IMG/VR virus record: IMGVR_UViG_3300033463_000005
Coordinates: 1-64,000 of that record
Strand: one strand, 5' to 3'
From: a virus
Lineage: Duplodnaviria; Caudoviricetes
DNA: 64,000 nt
This document shows, piece by piece, positions 1 to 10,475 of this stretch; within the stretch, counting starts at the first letter, position 1; every line of letters begins with the position of its first letter. The notes beneath the pieces were generated by a model, which was not told where the DNA came from, searched no databases, and was given only the letters and a program-made list of their open reading frames with translations. A program made the position numbers and the translations under genes.

Positions 1-883
1 TCATAAATGAAATGTATTGTGACGTGTCACCATTCTGTGAATCAAGCTCCTGAGCGGAACCCAAACTCTTGCATGGAGTAACAAACCTGTAGTTTGCCCA
101 AACATCATCATTGTCACTTGCTTCAGATGCTGATGGTGCGATTGCCAATAATTGATTACCAATACGAACACATGCACTCTGTAAACCAAGCATGACGACC
201 GCGGAATTGATCATCATTTTGACATTATTGATATAAGAATTCCAATCCGATTCAAATGTGTAGAATGGTTGTTGAACACTCAATGACGTCAATAATGGTG
301 CAACAAGATTCGCATTTAGATATCCACTCAGTGATTCGCTGATATAACTTGCAATTGTTGGATTGTTCAACACTTCGGTATCTTCACCAAGGTCGTCAAC
401 GCGGATACCAGCGACAGAAGATGCTTTTGCCGTTTCATATGTACCAGTATCATCAACCATTGCATTTTGATATGTCTGCATCCACGACTCTTGTTCTGCG
501 GCGGATTGTGCACTGTTTCCATTATTCAAACCACTTTCGGAATCCGCTGTTTTACCATAATCACTCAATGCCTTTTTGTATTGATAAATCATACGTAAAG
601 CATTTCCAATGGATGACATGCCACCTGTAAACATCGCGCGTCCAACAACGAAATTGACAACCTGTGCATCTCTTAAGACGTGACGTAAATAAAAATCTCC
701 AACAGGGCCCTCATTCTTTGAGCCAGGTTCTGAACTCATTAATCTCATATCATTTAGACTCGTCAATTGTGGGGGTGAACCAAACAATCTTGGAGAATAT
801 TTATTCAGTAATGGTGCTGACTGTTGTAATCCAGGTGTGTTTGTTTGCGTTGTACCACCGATACCTGGAATAATGTATGCCAT
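1..883 (-). CDS. Probable virion structural protein, truncated by the window start (MAYIIPGIGGTTQTNTPGLQQSAPLLNKYSPRLFGSPPQL...)
   Basis: Open frame from ATG 883 to the window edge, so absent from the ORF track; AAAGGAGG RBS upstream. The structural role is inferred from context. Confidence 0.6.
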   Translation of the reverse strand, partial: MAYIIPGIGGTTQTNTPGLQQSAPLLNKYSPRLFGSPPQLTSLNDMRLMSSEPGSKNEGPVGDFYLRHVLRDAQVVNFVVGRAMFTGGMSSIGNALRMIYQYKKALSDYGKTADSESGLNNGNSAQSAAEQESWMQTYQNAMVDDTGTYETAKASSVAGIRVDDLGEDTEVLNNPTIASYISESLSGYLNANLVAPLLTSLSVQQPFYTFESDWNSYINNVKMMINSAVVMLGLQSACVRIGNQLLAIAPSASEASDNDDVWANYRFVTPCKSLGSAQELDSQNGDTSQYISFM

Positions 884-953
884 ACCACCAACCTCCTTTA
901 TTAAGAATATTACAGTTCGGTCTCGAACAATACACATTGAAAGGATGATTATC

Positions 954-1805
954 ATGTATGCGTTGTCAAATGGCGCGGTTAAAATTGATGCTATTTCAGC
1001 ACCGAATCTTTCAGACAATATGAAGACATTTGTAAATCAATTACTCAATCAACACATATTTCACGACTTGGTGTTTGATCAGATTGAATTCAAAATTCAA
1101 GTTTCATTTGTTGACCCAATTGTCTTCTTTAATCGTTGTATATGGAAAAATATCTCAATGCGTGGATACCATATTAACAAAGACAATGTGAGAATCGTAC
1201 ATCCATCTCACACTGATGGATACGGATACACCGCATTGTTTCCAATTTCATTAACAGAAATTTTCATGTATATTCAATCCGTGTTACCACCGAAACTGAA
1301 AGACCGTGTTGATGAAATAAAATCTATTGATGATGTGCTTATTATACTGGATACATTATTAACAGATAAGACGAATGAGAGTGCACTTACATACAATCTG
1401 GATTATTTCAAACGATTCATGCATTTCACAGCCGATATGATACAGAGCGATTTTAAACCAGAATCTGCGACAAAGAAACTTGATTTCATTGAAACGAAAA
1501 TTAATCAGGATTCATTGCAAGAAAAACCACTCGGCATTCTTGTTGCTTCGAATTACTCCCTCGATGATTTGATTGATAACGTGAAAGATGATGGTGATAT
1601 TCAAGTAATACTGATGATGAAAGTATCACATGAGAATCTTTCAAAAGTTTATTTTTCTCAAATTCATATGGATGCGACAATTACGAATATTTATTATGAG
1701 AAATACAATCGATTTTATGTGTCATTATATATTAATAGAATGACAAAAGAATTGCGAGAATATCTGTCATTGATATATAGAGGCATCATTCAAAAACTTT
1801 CATAA
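954..1805 (+). CDS. Hypothetical protein
   Basis: ORF 837..1805; likely start ATG 954 after GAAAGGA, divergent from the 883 gene. Confidence 0.7.
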   Translation: MYALSNGAVKIDAISAPNLSDNMKTFVNQLLNQHIFHDLVFDQIEFKIQVSFVDPIVFFNRCIWKNISMRGYHINKDNVRIVHPSHTDGYGYTALFPISLTEIFMYIQSVLPPKLKDRVDEIKSIDDVLIILDTLLTDKTNESALTYNLDYFKRFMHFTADMIQSDFKPESATKKLDFIETKINQDSLQEKPLGILVASNYSLDDLIDNVKDDGDIQVILMMKVSHENLSKVYFSQIHMDATITNIYYEKYNRFYVSLYINRMTKELREYLSLIYRGIIQKLS

Positions 1806-1824
1806 AAAATATATTTTATATACA

Positions 1825-1839
1825 TATATTCTTTCTGTG
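1825..1839 (+). promoter_or_regulatory. Early-type promoter motif TATAT-N-ATT-N4-TG (representative copy, variant TATATTCTTTCTGTG)
   Basis: Other copies: + 7611, 10390, 13911, 21824, 24744, 34995, 43936, 54427, 59967; - 18931, 21797, 38377, 40756, 54234. All are intergenic and face a downstream gene. Resembles the TATATT-type early promoters of phiKZ-like phages. Confidence 0.75.
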
Positions 1840-1904
1840 GAGAAGGAGATATTATATTGAATCCGCGATAATATCAACAATCCGATCATGCATGAAAGGA
1901 GAAT

Positions 1905-2489
1905 GTGTATATGGCTTTATCAGCTTCTGCTGTTGCTGGTATTGCGGGTGCTGCACTTGCAGTTGGAACGTTGCTTGCAACATTCCTGAACAGCCGCAAT
2001 AACAATCAGGGACCGCCTACATTCGAGTCCAAGGGCCAAGGACCGGTAGGCACAAATTATGATCCCAACCAGCATGCGCCACAACCGGGACCTGCGCCGA
2101 TGCAGCCTCCGGTGAATCCTGCACCGTATGCATCCATGTATCCGTGGGGATACAATGCATATATTGCATCAATCGCAAATACACCGATGGCACAACCGAC
2201 ATATGGATATACCGCATATTATCCGTATAATGGTATGTGCTATGCGGGTTATTCCAGCCCGCAAGTATATTCCTATAATTTCAATAACCAATATGGGACT
2301 TATGGATGGGAGAATCAATCACCTCTCATCCGTCCCAGTCCGATGGGCGCGCCGCCAGGGTTTCAGCAACCGCAACAATGTACGTATAACTTTCATGGAA
2401 GCTATACGAGAGAATATCCAACTGGCGCGGTATCATTTGCACCAATACCTGCGTGCTACAATGATGATGGCACGTGGCGTGGTTGGTAA
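1905..2489 (+). CDS. Membrane-anchored low-complexity (P/Q/Y/G/N-rich) protein
   Basis: N-terminal hydrophobic helix ASAVAGIAGAALAVGTLLATFL followed by a nearly uncharged P/Q/Y-rich region; RBS GAAAGGAG. Confidence 0.75.
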   Translation: MYMALSASAVAGIAGAALAVGTLLATFLNSRNNNQGPPTFESKGQGPVGTNYDPNQHAPQPGPAPMQPPVNPAPYASMYPWGYNAYIASIANTPMAQPTYGYTAYYPYNGMCYAGYSSPQVYSYNFNNQYGTYGWENQSPLIRPSPMGAPPGFQQPQQCTYNFHGSYTREYPTGAVSFAPIPACYNDDGTWRGW

Positions 2490-2584
2490 TAATGCATCAA
2501 TGTATCAAAACAATTGATTACATGTATTTCCGAGGATTGTCAGGGCCTTGGATGAATGTGATCAATAAAAAGGAGGAAAATTAT

Positions 2585-2992
2585 ATGAACCAAACTGTTG
2601 AAGATGTGTTCAACGGCATTTCGTCTGTTGCGAATGGTGCCGCTGCCGCATGTAGTGGCATTCAAAGTGGTTTCACAACATTTGAGACACTGCAGAATCA
2701 GCGTATGCAACAGCAACAGGGACAACCGGGAGATTTCTCGAGAAGAAATATGCCGCAGTTCCAGCAGGCTCAGTATCAGTATCAGCCGCCGATTTATCCG
2801 TGGGCTGATGCGAATTATACTGGATATGGATTTGGGGTTCAACCGACAATGATGAATGTCGGTTATCCGGGCATCACAAATCCGAACTATGGCAAGGTTG
2901 GCTTCTACAGACAGCAGACACAACTGGGTGCATGGGGTTCCTCAATGCGCAACAATAACAATGGAATGATTGGAGGTGGTTGGGCATGGTAA
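2585..2992 (+). CDS. Q/G/Y/N-rich low-complexity protein
   Basis: ORF 2474..2992; start ATG 2585 after AAGGAGG. Confidence 0.75.
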   Translation: MNQTVEDVFNGISSVANGAAAACSGIQSGFTTFETLQNQRMQQQQGQPGDFSRRNMPQFQQAQYQYQPPIYPWADANYTGYGFGVQPTMMNVGYPGITNPNYGKVGFYRQQTQLGAWGSSMRNNNNGMIGGGWAW

Positions 2993-4068
2993 ACTTCCTC
3001 ACATTCTGTAAGCAGTTTGCATCACCCGACGACATTACGACTGAAGTGAAACCGGATTATGATATTCCGGTGGAACTGGAAGAGGTTGAGAAGCGTATTG
3101 TAAAAGCTCTGGATGATTGTGGCTTCGATATCAATGATATGGATGATGAAGATATCTATATCGATGGAGTGACCAACACTCTCTCCGACATGGATAATGT
3201 CATCAATATCATGTCGAGCTGTGACATTCCGGATGCATTGCCGAATCGCATTGCGCTCGATCTCGCCGGTGTTCCCTATAATGATCTGACGGATGATCAA
3301 AAAGCTATAATTAAAACTTTGACGGCATACATCATTGTATCCGTGAAAGGAAAGTATACCCCTAAAAATACAACTGTCAAGGAGGAAAAACCTATGTCCA
3401 CACCTATGAAGTCTCATCTGACTGAAATCCCGGTTAAGCATGCAAGAATCTCCTCATCCGATGTCGTTGCACATCTCCAGGACCTGCTTGGTTTTGGATT
3501 TGATTGCGACTTCATCCTCTGCGATAACAGAGCGGATTGGGAGAAGCCGATGACAACCAACAAGTGCTACGTTATCATGCGTACCGTGTTCCGTCCGGAA
3601 GATATCACGGTCGAAGCAACTTCCAGTGATTATGCTGATCGCATTCTCAAGGCAACTGGTGCGGCAACACAGTTCAAGCAGAATGTCATCAAGACTCTGG
3701 AACCGTTCATGTTCCCGGAGAACATGGCACAGGTCGACCGCATGCCCGAGAAGCTTCAGCAGCTTGCGGAGCAGGGTATTGCCGGTAGCAGACTCGATGA
3801 ACTGAAGCGTCGTCCGCGTCTGTTCTATGATCAGGTGAACCAGCGTTTCGGTCTGTATCTCCGTCCGGAATGCATCATCAAAGATATTGTTGCACGTCAC
3901 TATGGTGATGAGAATGGTGTCTTCAAGGGTGTTATGGGCTTCGGTTATCTGTCCGGTGATAACCAGAATGCTGCAGCAATCACCTGGGGCGTCAATATCT
4001 ATGAGAACATGTCCAATACTCCGTCCGGTGTGACGATCGATGCCGTGTTCGCGGGTATCAAGGCATAA
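2980..4068 (+). CDS. Hypothetical protein, probably with a second in-frame start at 3394
   Basis: 362-aa ORF with GGAGG RBS; internal AAGGAGG-N8-ATG at 3394. Confidence 0.75.
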   Translation: MGMVNFLTFCKQFASPDDITTEVKPDYDIPVELEEVEKRIVKALDDCGFDINDMDDEDIYIDGVTNTLSDMDNVINIMSSCDIPDALPNRIALDLAGVPYNDLTDDQKAIIKTLTAYIIVSVKGKYTPKNTTVKEEKPMSTPMKSHLTEIPVKHARISSSDVVAHLQDLLGFGFDCDFILCDNRADWEKPMTTNKCYVIMRTVFRPEDITVEATSSDYADRILKATGAATQFKQNVIKTLEPFMFPENMAQVDRMPEKLQQLAEQGIAGSRLDELKRRPRLFYDQVNQRFGLYLRPECIIKDIVARHYGDENGVFKGVMGFGYLSGDNQNAAAITWGVNIYENMSNTPSGVTIDAVFAGIKA

Positions 4069-4080
4069 TCAAATTCGTGG

Positions 4081-4106
4081 ATGTGGTGGGAGTAATCCCA
4101 CCACAT
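4081..4106. terminator. Intrinsic terminator-like hairpin
   Basis: ATGTGGTGGGA-GTAA-TCCCACCACAT, 11-bp perfect stem just after a stop codon. Confidence 0.7.
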
Positions 4107-4131
4107 ACCATTCTAAAAGAGGTGATTTCCA

Positions 4132-5199
4132 ATGATTCTCGAGATATCGGAAATGATCAATCGAATCGAAGATCACTTCCAAACAAACTGGGGTTCTGAT
4201 AAAATTTTGACAGTCGGTGGCGTTGTTGGAACATCACTGTTCAAATACGGAGTTCATGCATGCATGCGACATGTGCCATTTGAAAAGATCATGGTATTAG
4301 ATGGATGCCAGGATTACATCGGTTTGTTGCGGAAACCGTTGTTCAATTACAAATATTACATGAGCATGTTTTCATCGATCGAGATACCTTCCATTGATGA
4401 ATTGCATGAACCTTTTCACCGTTCCATGTTAACACCACATCCCGGATATCAGACATTGTTGAACGAAAAGATGATTATCGGATATGATGCACTGATTATC
4501 AATAATGCACATCTGATTCCGCCAATGTATTTGGATGCATTGTGTGATACTTTCCGTGGAAAAGTATTGCTGATTGTTGATCCATTAGACATTGCTGGTG
4601 AACGTTACCACACAACCGTTCCAACATTGTACGACTCATTGTCAAAACAATCTACATTGGTTGCGTTGGCTCGTTCCATGTATAACATCGAGACACGTGG
4701 TATTGACAGAACCGTCAGATCAGATTTCAAACAAATCAAAATGAGCAAACGTAGTGTCGGTAAAATCGATGCAAATCAGTATGTAACAAATTCTGAAAAT
4801 ATCTTACAAGCCATTCAGGAAAAACAATTACATGCTTTACCCCGGCGCAGCCAGAAAGTAATCGTGGCACAACCGTTCATTCAATATATGAACAATCAAG
4901 ACAGAGAACCTTGTGCGATTGGCCCTCGTACAATGTTATCTATTACGACTGCATCGAAGCCGTTGATGAGGTTGCGGATTCACTCATCGACATCAAACAT
5001 TTATGCGAATTTCACATACATCGACAACCGTCGTGGACTTTATGTGAAACCAGCGAACATTCTTTCTATGCAGGATGCTATTCATCATCGTTTTCAATCA
5101 TTGGTAATCGTGTTGGGTGAAGAGCCCATGAGAAACCGAGATTGGTATTCGTTGATGAAAATCGCGAATACCATATCGGTGGTGCATATCAATGTTTAG
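4132..5199 (+). CDS. Dda/RecD-like SF1 helicase homolog with degenerate catalytic motifs
   Basis: ILTVGGVVGTSL (Walker A position, no GKT); ALIINNAHLI (DE replaced by NN); VLLIVDPLDI (GDxxQL position); C-terminal ANILSMQDA...WYSLMKIA at the positions of YAxTxHKSQG and LYTAxTRA. Confidence 0.6.
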   Translation: MILEISEMINRIEDHFQTNWGSDKILTVGGVVGTSLFKYGVHACMRHVPFEKIMVLDGCQDYIGLLRKPLFNYKYYMSMFSSIEIPSIDELHEPFHRSMLTPHPGYQTLLNEKMIIGYDALIINNAHLIPPMYLDALCDTFRGKVLLIVDPLDIAGERYHTTVPTLYDSLSKQSTLVALARSMYNIETRGIDRTVRSDFKQIKMSKRSVGKIDANQYVTNSENILQAIQEKQLHALPRRSQKVIVAQPFIQYMNNQDREPCAIGPRTMLSITTASKPLMRLRIHSSTSNIYANFTYIDNRRGLYVKPANILSMQDAIHHRFQSLVIVLGEEPMRNRDWYSLMKIANTISVVHINV

Positions 5200-5857
5200 A
5201 AAACGAAAAAAGAAATTACAACAAGAACTGGATACCTTTCAGAATGTTGTCATAGCATTAATGGACGGCATTCACAAATTTGATTCACATTTGGAAAAGA
5301 CACTCCATGAGGAATATTATTCGTATGACAATATAGCATTCATCGCACGATCTGTTGAGGATTTGAATTCGGCCTGTGATGTATACAAGGATAATTATTT
5401 TTTCCATAATTATAATGCTTTTCGGATGAATAAATGCATGGAATTGTTAACAAAAGCTTTGCATGACGTTGAGCCATTAACAAGAGATCTTCACTTTATC
5501 GTGGATGCATATAAACAGGGTATCGCACTTCTTGAAAAGATAGAAGAAATAGACGAAATCGAATCCTACCAAGAAGAATTCGATGATACAAAAATAAAGC
5601 TAAAAGAAGTACAAGTTCATATTCAAAAAGTGTCATCACAAATCGGTACTGATATTCTGTTAATGCGGAGCATGTTACTTCTGATACGAGAAACTGTATC
5701 GAAAGATTATTTCAAAATCATATTAAAATCGGATTTAATCGAAGCATACGAGATCGAAGAAAAACGAATGAAACATGAAATCAAAGCCGTCGTTCGATAT
5801 CACGAAAAGATGGATAAAAAGTCATTATTAGCAAAGGAGAATGTTGATCATGAATGA
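5192..5857 (+). CDS. Hypothetical helical/coiled-coil protein
   Basis: 221-aa ORF overlapping both neighbours in an operon. Confidence 0.7.
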   Translation: MFRKRKKKLQQELDTFQNVVIALMDGIHKFDSHLEKTLHEEYYSYDNIAFIARSVEDLNSACDVYKDNYFFHNYNAFRMNKCMELLTKALHDVEPLTRDLHFIVDAYKQGIALLEKIEEIDEIESYQEEFDDTKIKLKEVQVHIQKVSSQIGTDILLMRSMLLLIRETVSKDYFKIILKSDLIEAYEIEEKRMKHEIKAVVRYHEKMDKKSLLAKENVDHE

Positions 5858-7595
5858 TAACATTATGCCCCCAATGGAAGAATTGGGTTATACGAAATCA
5901 TATGATTTTACACAATACGCACATGACAACAATGTGAATGTTATTCCCGAAGATTCCTTCAAACATCTGATTGAAGAAACATTCCGTATCATTGCGGATA
6001 TTCTACGAAATACATATGGTCCGTATGGTTCCACTGTTGTAATCTCCGATCAGTCTGAAACAACTACGACAAAAGATGGATACAATGTATTCAATGCGGT
6101 CGGATTCTCTCATACATACAAGAGAATGGTATATCTTGCCATTAAAAAGATTATTGATCGTGTCAATAACAATGTTGGTGATGGTACGACTTCATGCATT
6201 CTGCTTGCCGAGAAGATGTTCCGGGAGATTGAGAAGACTTTGAAAACTGTGGATGATAAACGAAACATCCTGAAAGTATTGACACAGTTTGAAGAAATGA
6301 TTCAATCAAAAGATGCGGTTGTGGAAGACATTCGTGAAGGCACTGTTCAACCGTTGCATATTGACGCACTCCGTGGTCTGATTACTGTTTCTGACAATTA
6401 CGACGAGAATCTTGCTTATGTAATTGAAGAAGCTCTGGATCCGAAATGGGATGAAGATACTGGAATCATGACATCTGTTCGGAATGTTGTTGTGGAATCA
6501 ACGGTTGATATTGATGCAGATGCATCATCCATGTATAAGATTGATTATCTCCCCGGTGATTATCGCGTTCGTTGTAACATGGATTCTGAAGTTGCATTGT
6601 TATTTGATCAACCAAAGAAGATTCGTGTTGCTTTATATGACCACGTGTTCTCTGCATCTGACTGGAATTTCTTTATGCATGATTATGATAAAGAAACCGA
6701 AACTTTGATTCTTGCACGAAGTTTCAATCGTTCTTTTATGGATCATGAATACACAAAATATTTGAAAGAACGAATGATGGTAAAGCAAGATGTAAAGATT
6801 CTGCTTGCAGAAATCAAAGGTGATTTCCTTCGGGATGAAATCAAAGACCTCGCAGCAGCCATTGGTACGGAAGCAATCGGGCTACATGCACAAGCAGTGG
6901 ATCACTCCATGCTTCCAGTTGTAAGCATCCAGGTTTACCAAGGAAACTGCATGTGCTTTGATATGGATGAAATTCCGGATAAATATATTGAAGCATTGCA
7001 GTTTGAAATGGAAACCGACACAACAAAGAGTATGGTAAAACATCAGCTATACAAAGATCGTATTCGTGCATTATCGAAACAATCAAAGGATTCCTTGATT
7101 ACGGTCCATGCATCATCATCTCTGGAGTCAAAAATGATTGCAGATAAAATTGATGACTGCATTTCCATTGTGAATTCTGCAATGGAATATGGTATCGTCC
7201 CGAATATGCTTGTGTATGGATATTGGCGTATTATGCGTTACAAACATTCCTTGGATGACAAACTTGAAATGGAAAAGAACGTTGCGACTGCAATCATGGA
7301 ATCCATCAAAGGATTGTTCAAAGATATTTGGTCATCCAAACATGGTGATCAACAGAATGCAAAATGTGATGCGATTATGAAAGATCTGTATGATTCTCCG
7401 AATAACGGTTTTGATATCACAAAAGAAGCATTCGTTGATATCACCACATTACCAACATCCGCACAATATGACCTGGAAGTGATTGCTGCATCCATTTCAA
7501 TTGTGAAATATCTGTTGACATCCCGTGCATTAATCTTTGATGCACATATCCTGAAACCTGTGGATGATACTGGTCGATACACACCAATGGAATAA
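5850..7595 (+). CDS. groEL: Phage chaperonin (GroEL/Cpn60 family)
   Basis: TYGPYG, TTKDG and VGDGTTS ATP-binding motifs; about 580 aa; start ATG 5850 after AAAGGAG. Confidence 0.9.
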   Translation: MNDNIMPPMEELGYTKSYDFTQYAHDNNVNVIPEDSFKHLIEETFRIIADILRNTYGPYGSTVVISDQSETTTTKDGYNVFNAVGFSHTYKRMVYLAIKKIIDRVNNNVGDGTTSCILLAEKMFREIEKTLKTVDDKRNILKVLTQFEEMIQSKDAVVEDIREGTVQPLHIDALRGLITVSDNYDENLAYVIEEALDPKWDEDTGIMTSVRNVVVESTVDIDADASSMYKIDYLPGDYRVRCNMDSEVALLFDQPKKIRVALYDHVFSASDWNFFMHDYDKETETLILARSFNRSFMDHEYTKYLKERMMVKQDVKILLAEIKGDFLRDEIKDLAAAIGTEAIGLHAQAVDHSMLPVVSIQVYQGNCMCFDMDEIPDKYIEALQFEMETDTTKSMVKHQLYKDRIRALSKQSKDSLITVHASSSLESKMIADKIDDCISIVNSAMEYGIVPNMLVYGYWRIMRYKHSLDDKLEMEKNVATAIMESIKGLFKDIWSSKHGDQQNAKCDAIMKDLYDSPNNGFDITKEAFVDITTLPTSAQYDLEVIAASISIVKYLLTSRALIFDAHILKPVDDTGRYTPME

Positions 7596-7624
7596 TTTTT
7601 TCTTCATAGATATATCGTTCATGT

Positions 7625-7657
7625 GTAGAGTGGGGTGCGCAAGCACCCCAATTCTAC
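7625..7657 (+). terminator. Hairpin with GCAA tetraloop and U-rich tail
   Basis: TGGGGTGC-GCAA-GCACCCCA, extended by GTAGA/TCTAC and followed by TTTCTTTT. Confidence 0.65.
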
Positions 7658-7710
7658 TTTCTTTTATTTCGGAACAGAACTATACAATTTGAAATTGGAG
7701 GTATTCTACT

Positions 7711-8947
7711 ATGAAAACATTAAAGACGAATATATGGAAAAACATTGCGTCCATATTATCATCAGACCATATGGATTGGCGTTCTGCACAGAACATGATT
7801 CTATTTGCTCGAGTGATTTCAACGTACCCTTCGAAATCAATATTCTATATGGTGTGTGTGCGTCTATTGCATTTCATGGAACAGAACGTATTTTCAATCC
7901 CACTGATTGTCGAGACAATGAAAGATGAAGGCGAAGATGAAGAGATTATATCCAATATTGAATTACTGAATAAACAACCAACAGTTACAACATTGGCCGA
8001 AGTACAAAAGCTTTGTATCGTATTGGCAGACTATGTAAAATATGCAAAAATTTTAAAAGTAAAAGATTCATTCTTAACGACGTTGGATATGATTGATGAT
8101 GATGAAGCAAATATCAAAACAACGGTTGACACATTATACAAAATTTCAAATGAAATTGTAAACGCTTACAATTCAGCATCATTTCAACAAATATCACATT
8201 CATTTGATACCAATAACAAAGATCAAATGCGCAATGTGTTGGCTGTTGCAAAAGACGCCCGTTCATCAGACAAAACAATTATCACCGGAATCAGAGGTTT
8301 AAATAATCTACTTTCGCCAGGATACTTGTCTGGATGTTTGTATATTTATGCTGCGTTGCCAGGTTGTTATAAATCGGGAATTCTATTGCAATCCCATATT
8401 GATACATGTAAATACAATGAGCATATCAAACATACGACAAATGGAAAGACACCAATTTCCATGTATATCTCAATGGAGAATACGATGTCACAAACGATTC
8501 GTCGATTGTGGTCATTGCTATTTCCGGCGGCAGATCTTTCCATGTATTCTGTTGAAGAAGCGATGGAGATGATTGATGGCGCTTTGACCGCAAAGGGGTT
8601 TCGTTCTGTTATTTTGTATTATGGATACAGAGAGAAATCAACTTCGGATTTATATGAAATCATACGTGGATTCAATACAGACGATAGTGTTGTCGTCGCT
8701 CTGTATCTGGATTATATCAAACGAATTCGCCCCGCAAGAACAGAAGCTTCTGTCACTTCATCCGAGAAATCGGAATTGCATGCAATTATGAATGAATTGA
8801 AGACAATTGCTTCTCAATTTGATATCCCGATTGTTTCTGGTCATCAGCTGAATAGAATGGCTGCACAAGCAGTTGATCAAGTTGTGAGTTCTGGTGGATA
8901 TGGAAAAACAAGTGAAGTGTTGGGTAGATCACAAATATCAGTCGCGT
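7711..8947 (+). CDS. dnaB: DnaB-like replicative helicase, exon 1
   Basis: Walker A ALPGCYKS, YISMEN, LYLDYIKRI, IVSGHQLNR. Splicing to 10124 gives ...QISVA-W-EIMEVADW, a 496-aa product. Confidence 0.9.
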
Positions 8948-10123
8948 AAATACTATTGCGCCTTAATGTGGTGACACATTTCGAAAAACCTTTTTAATTG
9001 CTGGGAATCCGTAACGAAACGTCGTGAGACAGTGTCAGGTGATCAGCAGTCAAGTTATTGTCGAAATTCACAAAACTATGAAAGTGGTGATGTGAATGGA
9101 AGAGTCGTGGAAACCTGTAATTTATCGAGACATTAAACCGGATATGTACGAAGTATCGAATTTTGGTAGATTCAGAAATCGTATCACCGGTCATCTATTG
9201 ACACCGTGTCCTTCTGAAAAAGGATATTTGATGGTAGAAGTTCGTTGTGTATCTGGAAAAAGTCGATCAATAAAGCTACATAGGATTGTGGCATGGATGT
9301 TTGTCCCCGGATATGATGAACTACACAACGAAGTCAATCACAAAGATGGGAATAAATTAAATAATCATGTCAATAATCTAGAATGGACAACTCATCTAGA
9401 AAATATCAGACATGCTTATCGTAACAATCTGATTCCAATTGCATATGGTGAGTCACATCCAAATCATAAAATGTCTGATGATGACATAGTTATTATATGC
9501 GAATCACTTTTAAAATTTAATGGTAACGCATATAAAACTCATGACTTTATAAAGACATTAAATATGCCGAATATAACATTAAACAGTATTTATCGTGTGA
9601 AATATAAGAATACCGGAAAACATATTTCCGATTCATATTTTGATGATAAACGCTTTAACATTCGACATAGAATTATGGGCGATGATATGGATATCATATG
9701 TAAAGCCATCTGTGATTTTAATGGAAAATATTCCGACATAAAAGCTTTCCTATCATCAAATTATGATATTACTGTTCAAATTGGAACGATTCGTAATATC
9801 ATAAATAAGGTATCATATGTTGCGTCATCTGATAAATATTTCAAAAAAGGAGAAATAGAATTTCGACAATAAAAGATTCAACGACTATCGAAAGCTTAAT
9901 CCAATTGGATGAAGATAAGGTATGTGAAATGCATACACGAAGCAAGTAGAGTAGCGCCAAAGCGATGTGTGGTTCGGGTGTAGAGTAATAATCTTATAAA
10001 TCCCGATTAAAGCGAAATGGAAGGGATCTGAATTTCAGATCGTGATATAGTCTGGTCATCCATTGTAATGATGGAGAAGTTCATAAGAGAACTGCGTGAC
10101 GTAGCGAATCACGTGAACTGACG
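8948..10123 (+). mobile_element. Group I intron with homing endonuclease
   Basis: Exon ends in U8947 with P1 GCGU/GCGC (U.G pair); core elements AATTGCTGGGA, ATCAGCAG, TTCAACGACTA, GATATAGTCT; terminal G at 10123; splicing restores the frame. Confidence 0.9.
9096..9872 (+). CDS. NUMOD4-HNH homing endonuclease
   Basis: WKPV..YEVSNFGRFRN, HRIVAWMF, VNHKDGNKLNNHVNNLEW; two C-terminal repeats (IICE/IICK...FNG...SDSYF/SDKYF). Confidence 0.93.
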   Translation: MEESWKPVIYRDIKPDMYEVSNFGRFRNRITGHLLTPCPSEKGYLMVEVRCVSGKSRSIKLHRIVAWMFVPGYDELHNEVNHKDGNKLNNHVNNLEWTTHLENIRHAYRNNLIPIAYGESHPNHKMSDDDIVIICESLLKFNGNAYKTHDFIKTLNMPNITLNSIYRVKYKNTGKHISDSYFDDKRFNIRHRIMGDDMDIICKAICDFNGKYSDIKAFLSSNYDITVQIGTIRNIINKVSYVASSDKYFKKGEIEFRQ

Positions 10124-10377
10124 GGGAGATTATGGAAGTCGCCGACTGGTTGGCAGTTATGAACATTGAAAATGATGGCGAAAATAAAATGTTAATGATT
10201 AAAGCGGTAAAACAACGTGACTTGGATAATTCCGTTGATGTTACAATAACGGCAATTCGTCACCCATTCTTGTCGCCAGAGTCATTTGCTTTGAGACAAG
10301 ATATCATGGAGAATTGTTCGATATCGATTCCAATTTATACTGGAAAACATCAGCTCAATTATATGGCAAATATTTGA
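10124..10377 (+). CDS. dnaB: DnaB-like helicase, exon 2
   Basis: EIMEVADW...IKAVKQRD (arginine-finger region), in frame after splicing. Confidence 0.85.
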
Positions 10378-10475
10378 TTTTTATATATGTATATAATTAT
10401 TTCGAATAAGCGGGTATACAATGAAATATCCGCCTATTGAAATAATTCATTCTTTTGTGGTAGGAGGTACCAGGT

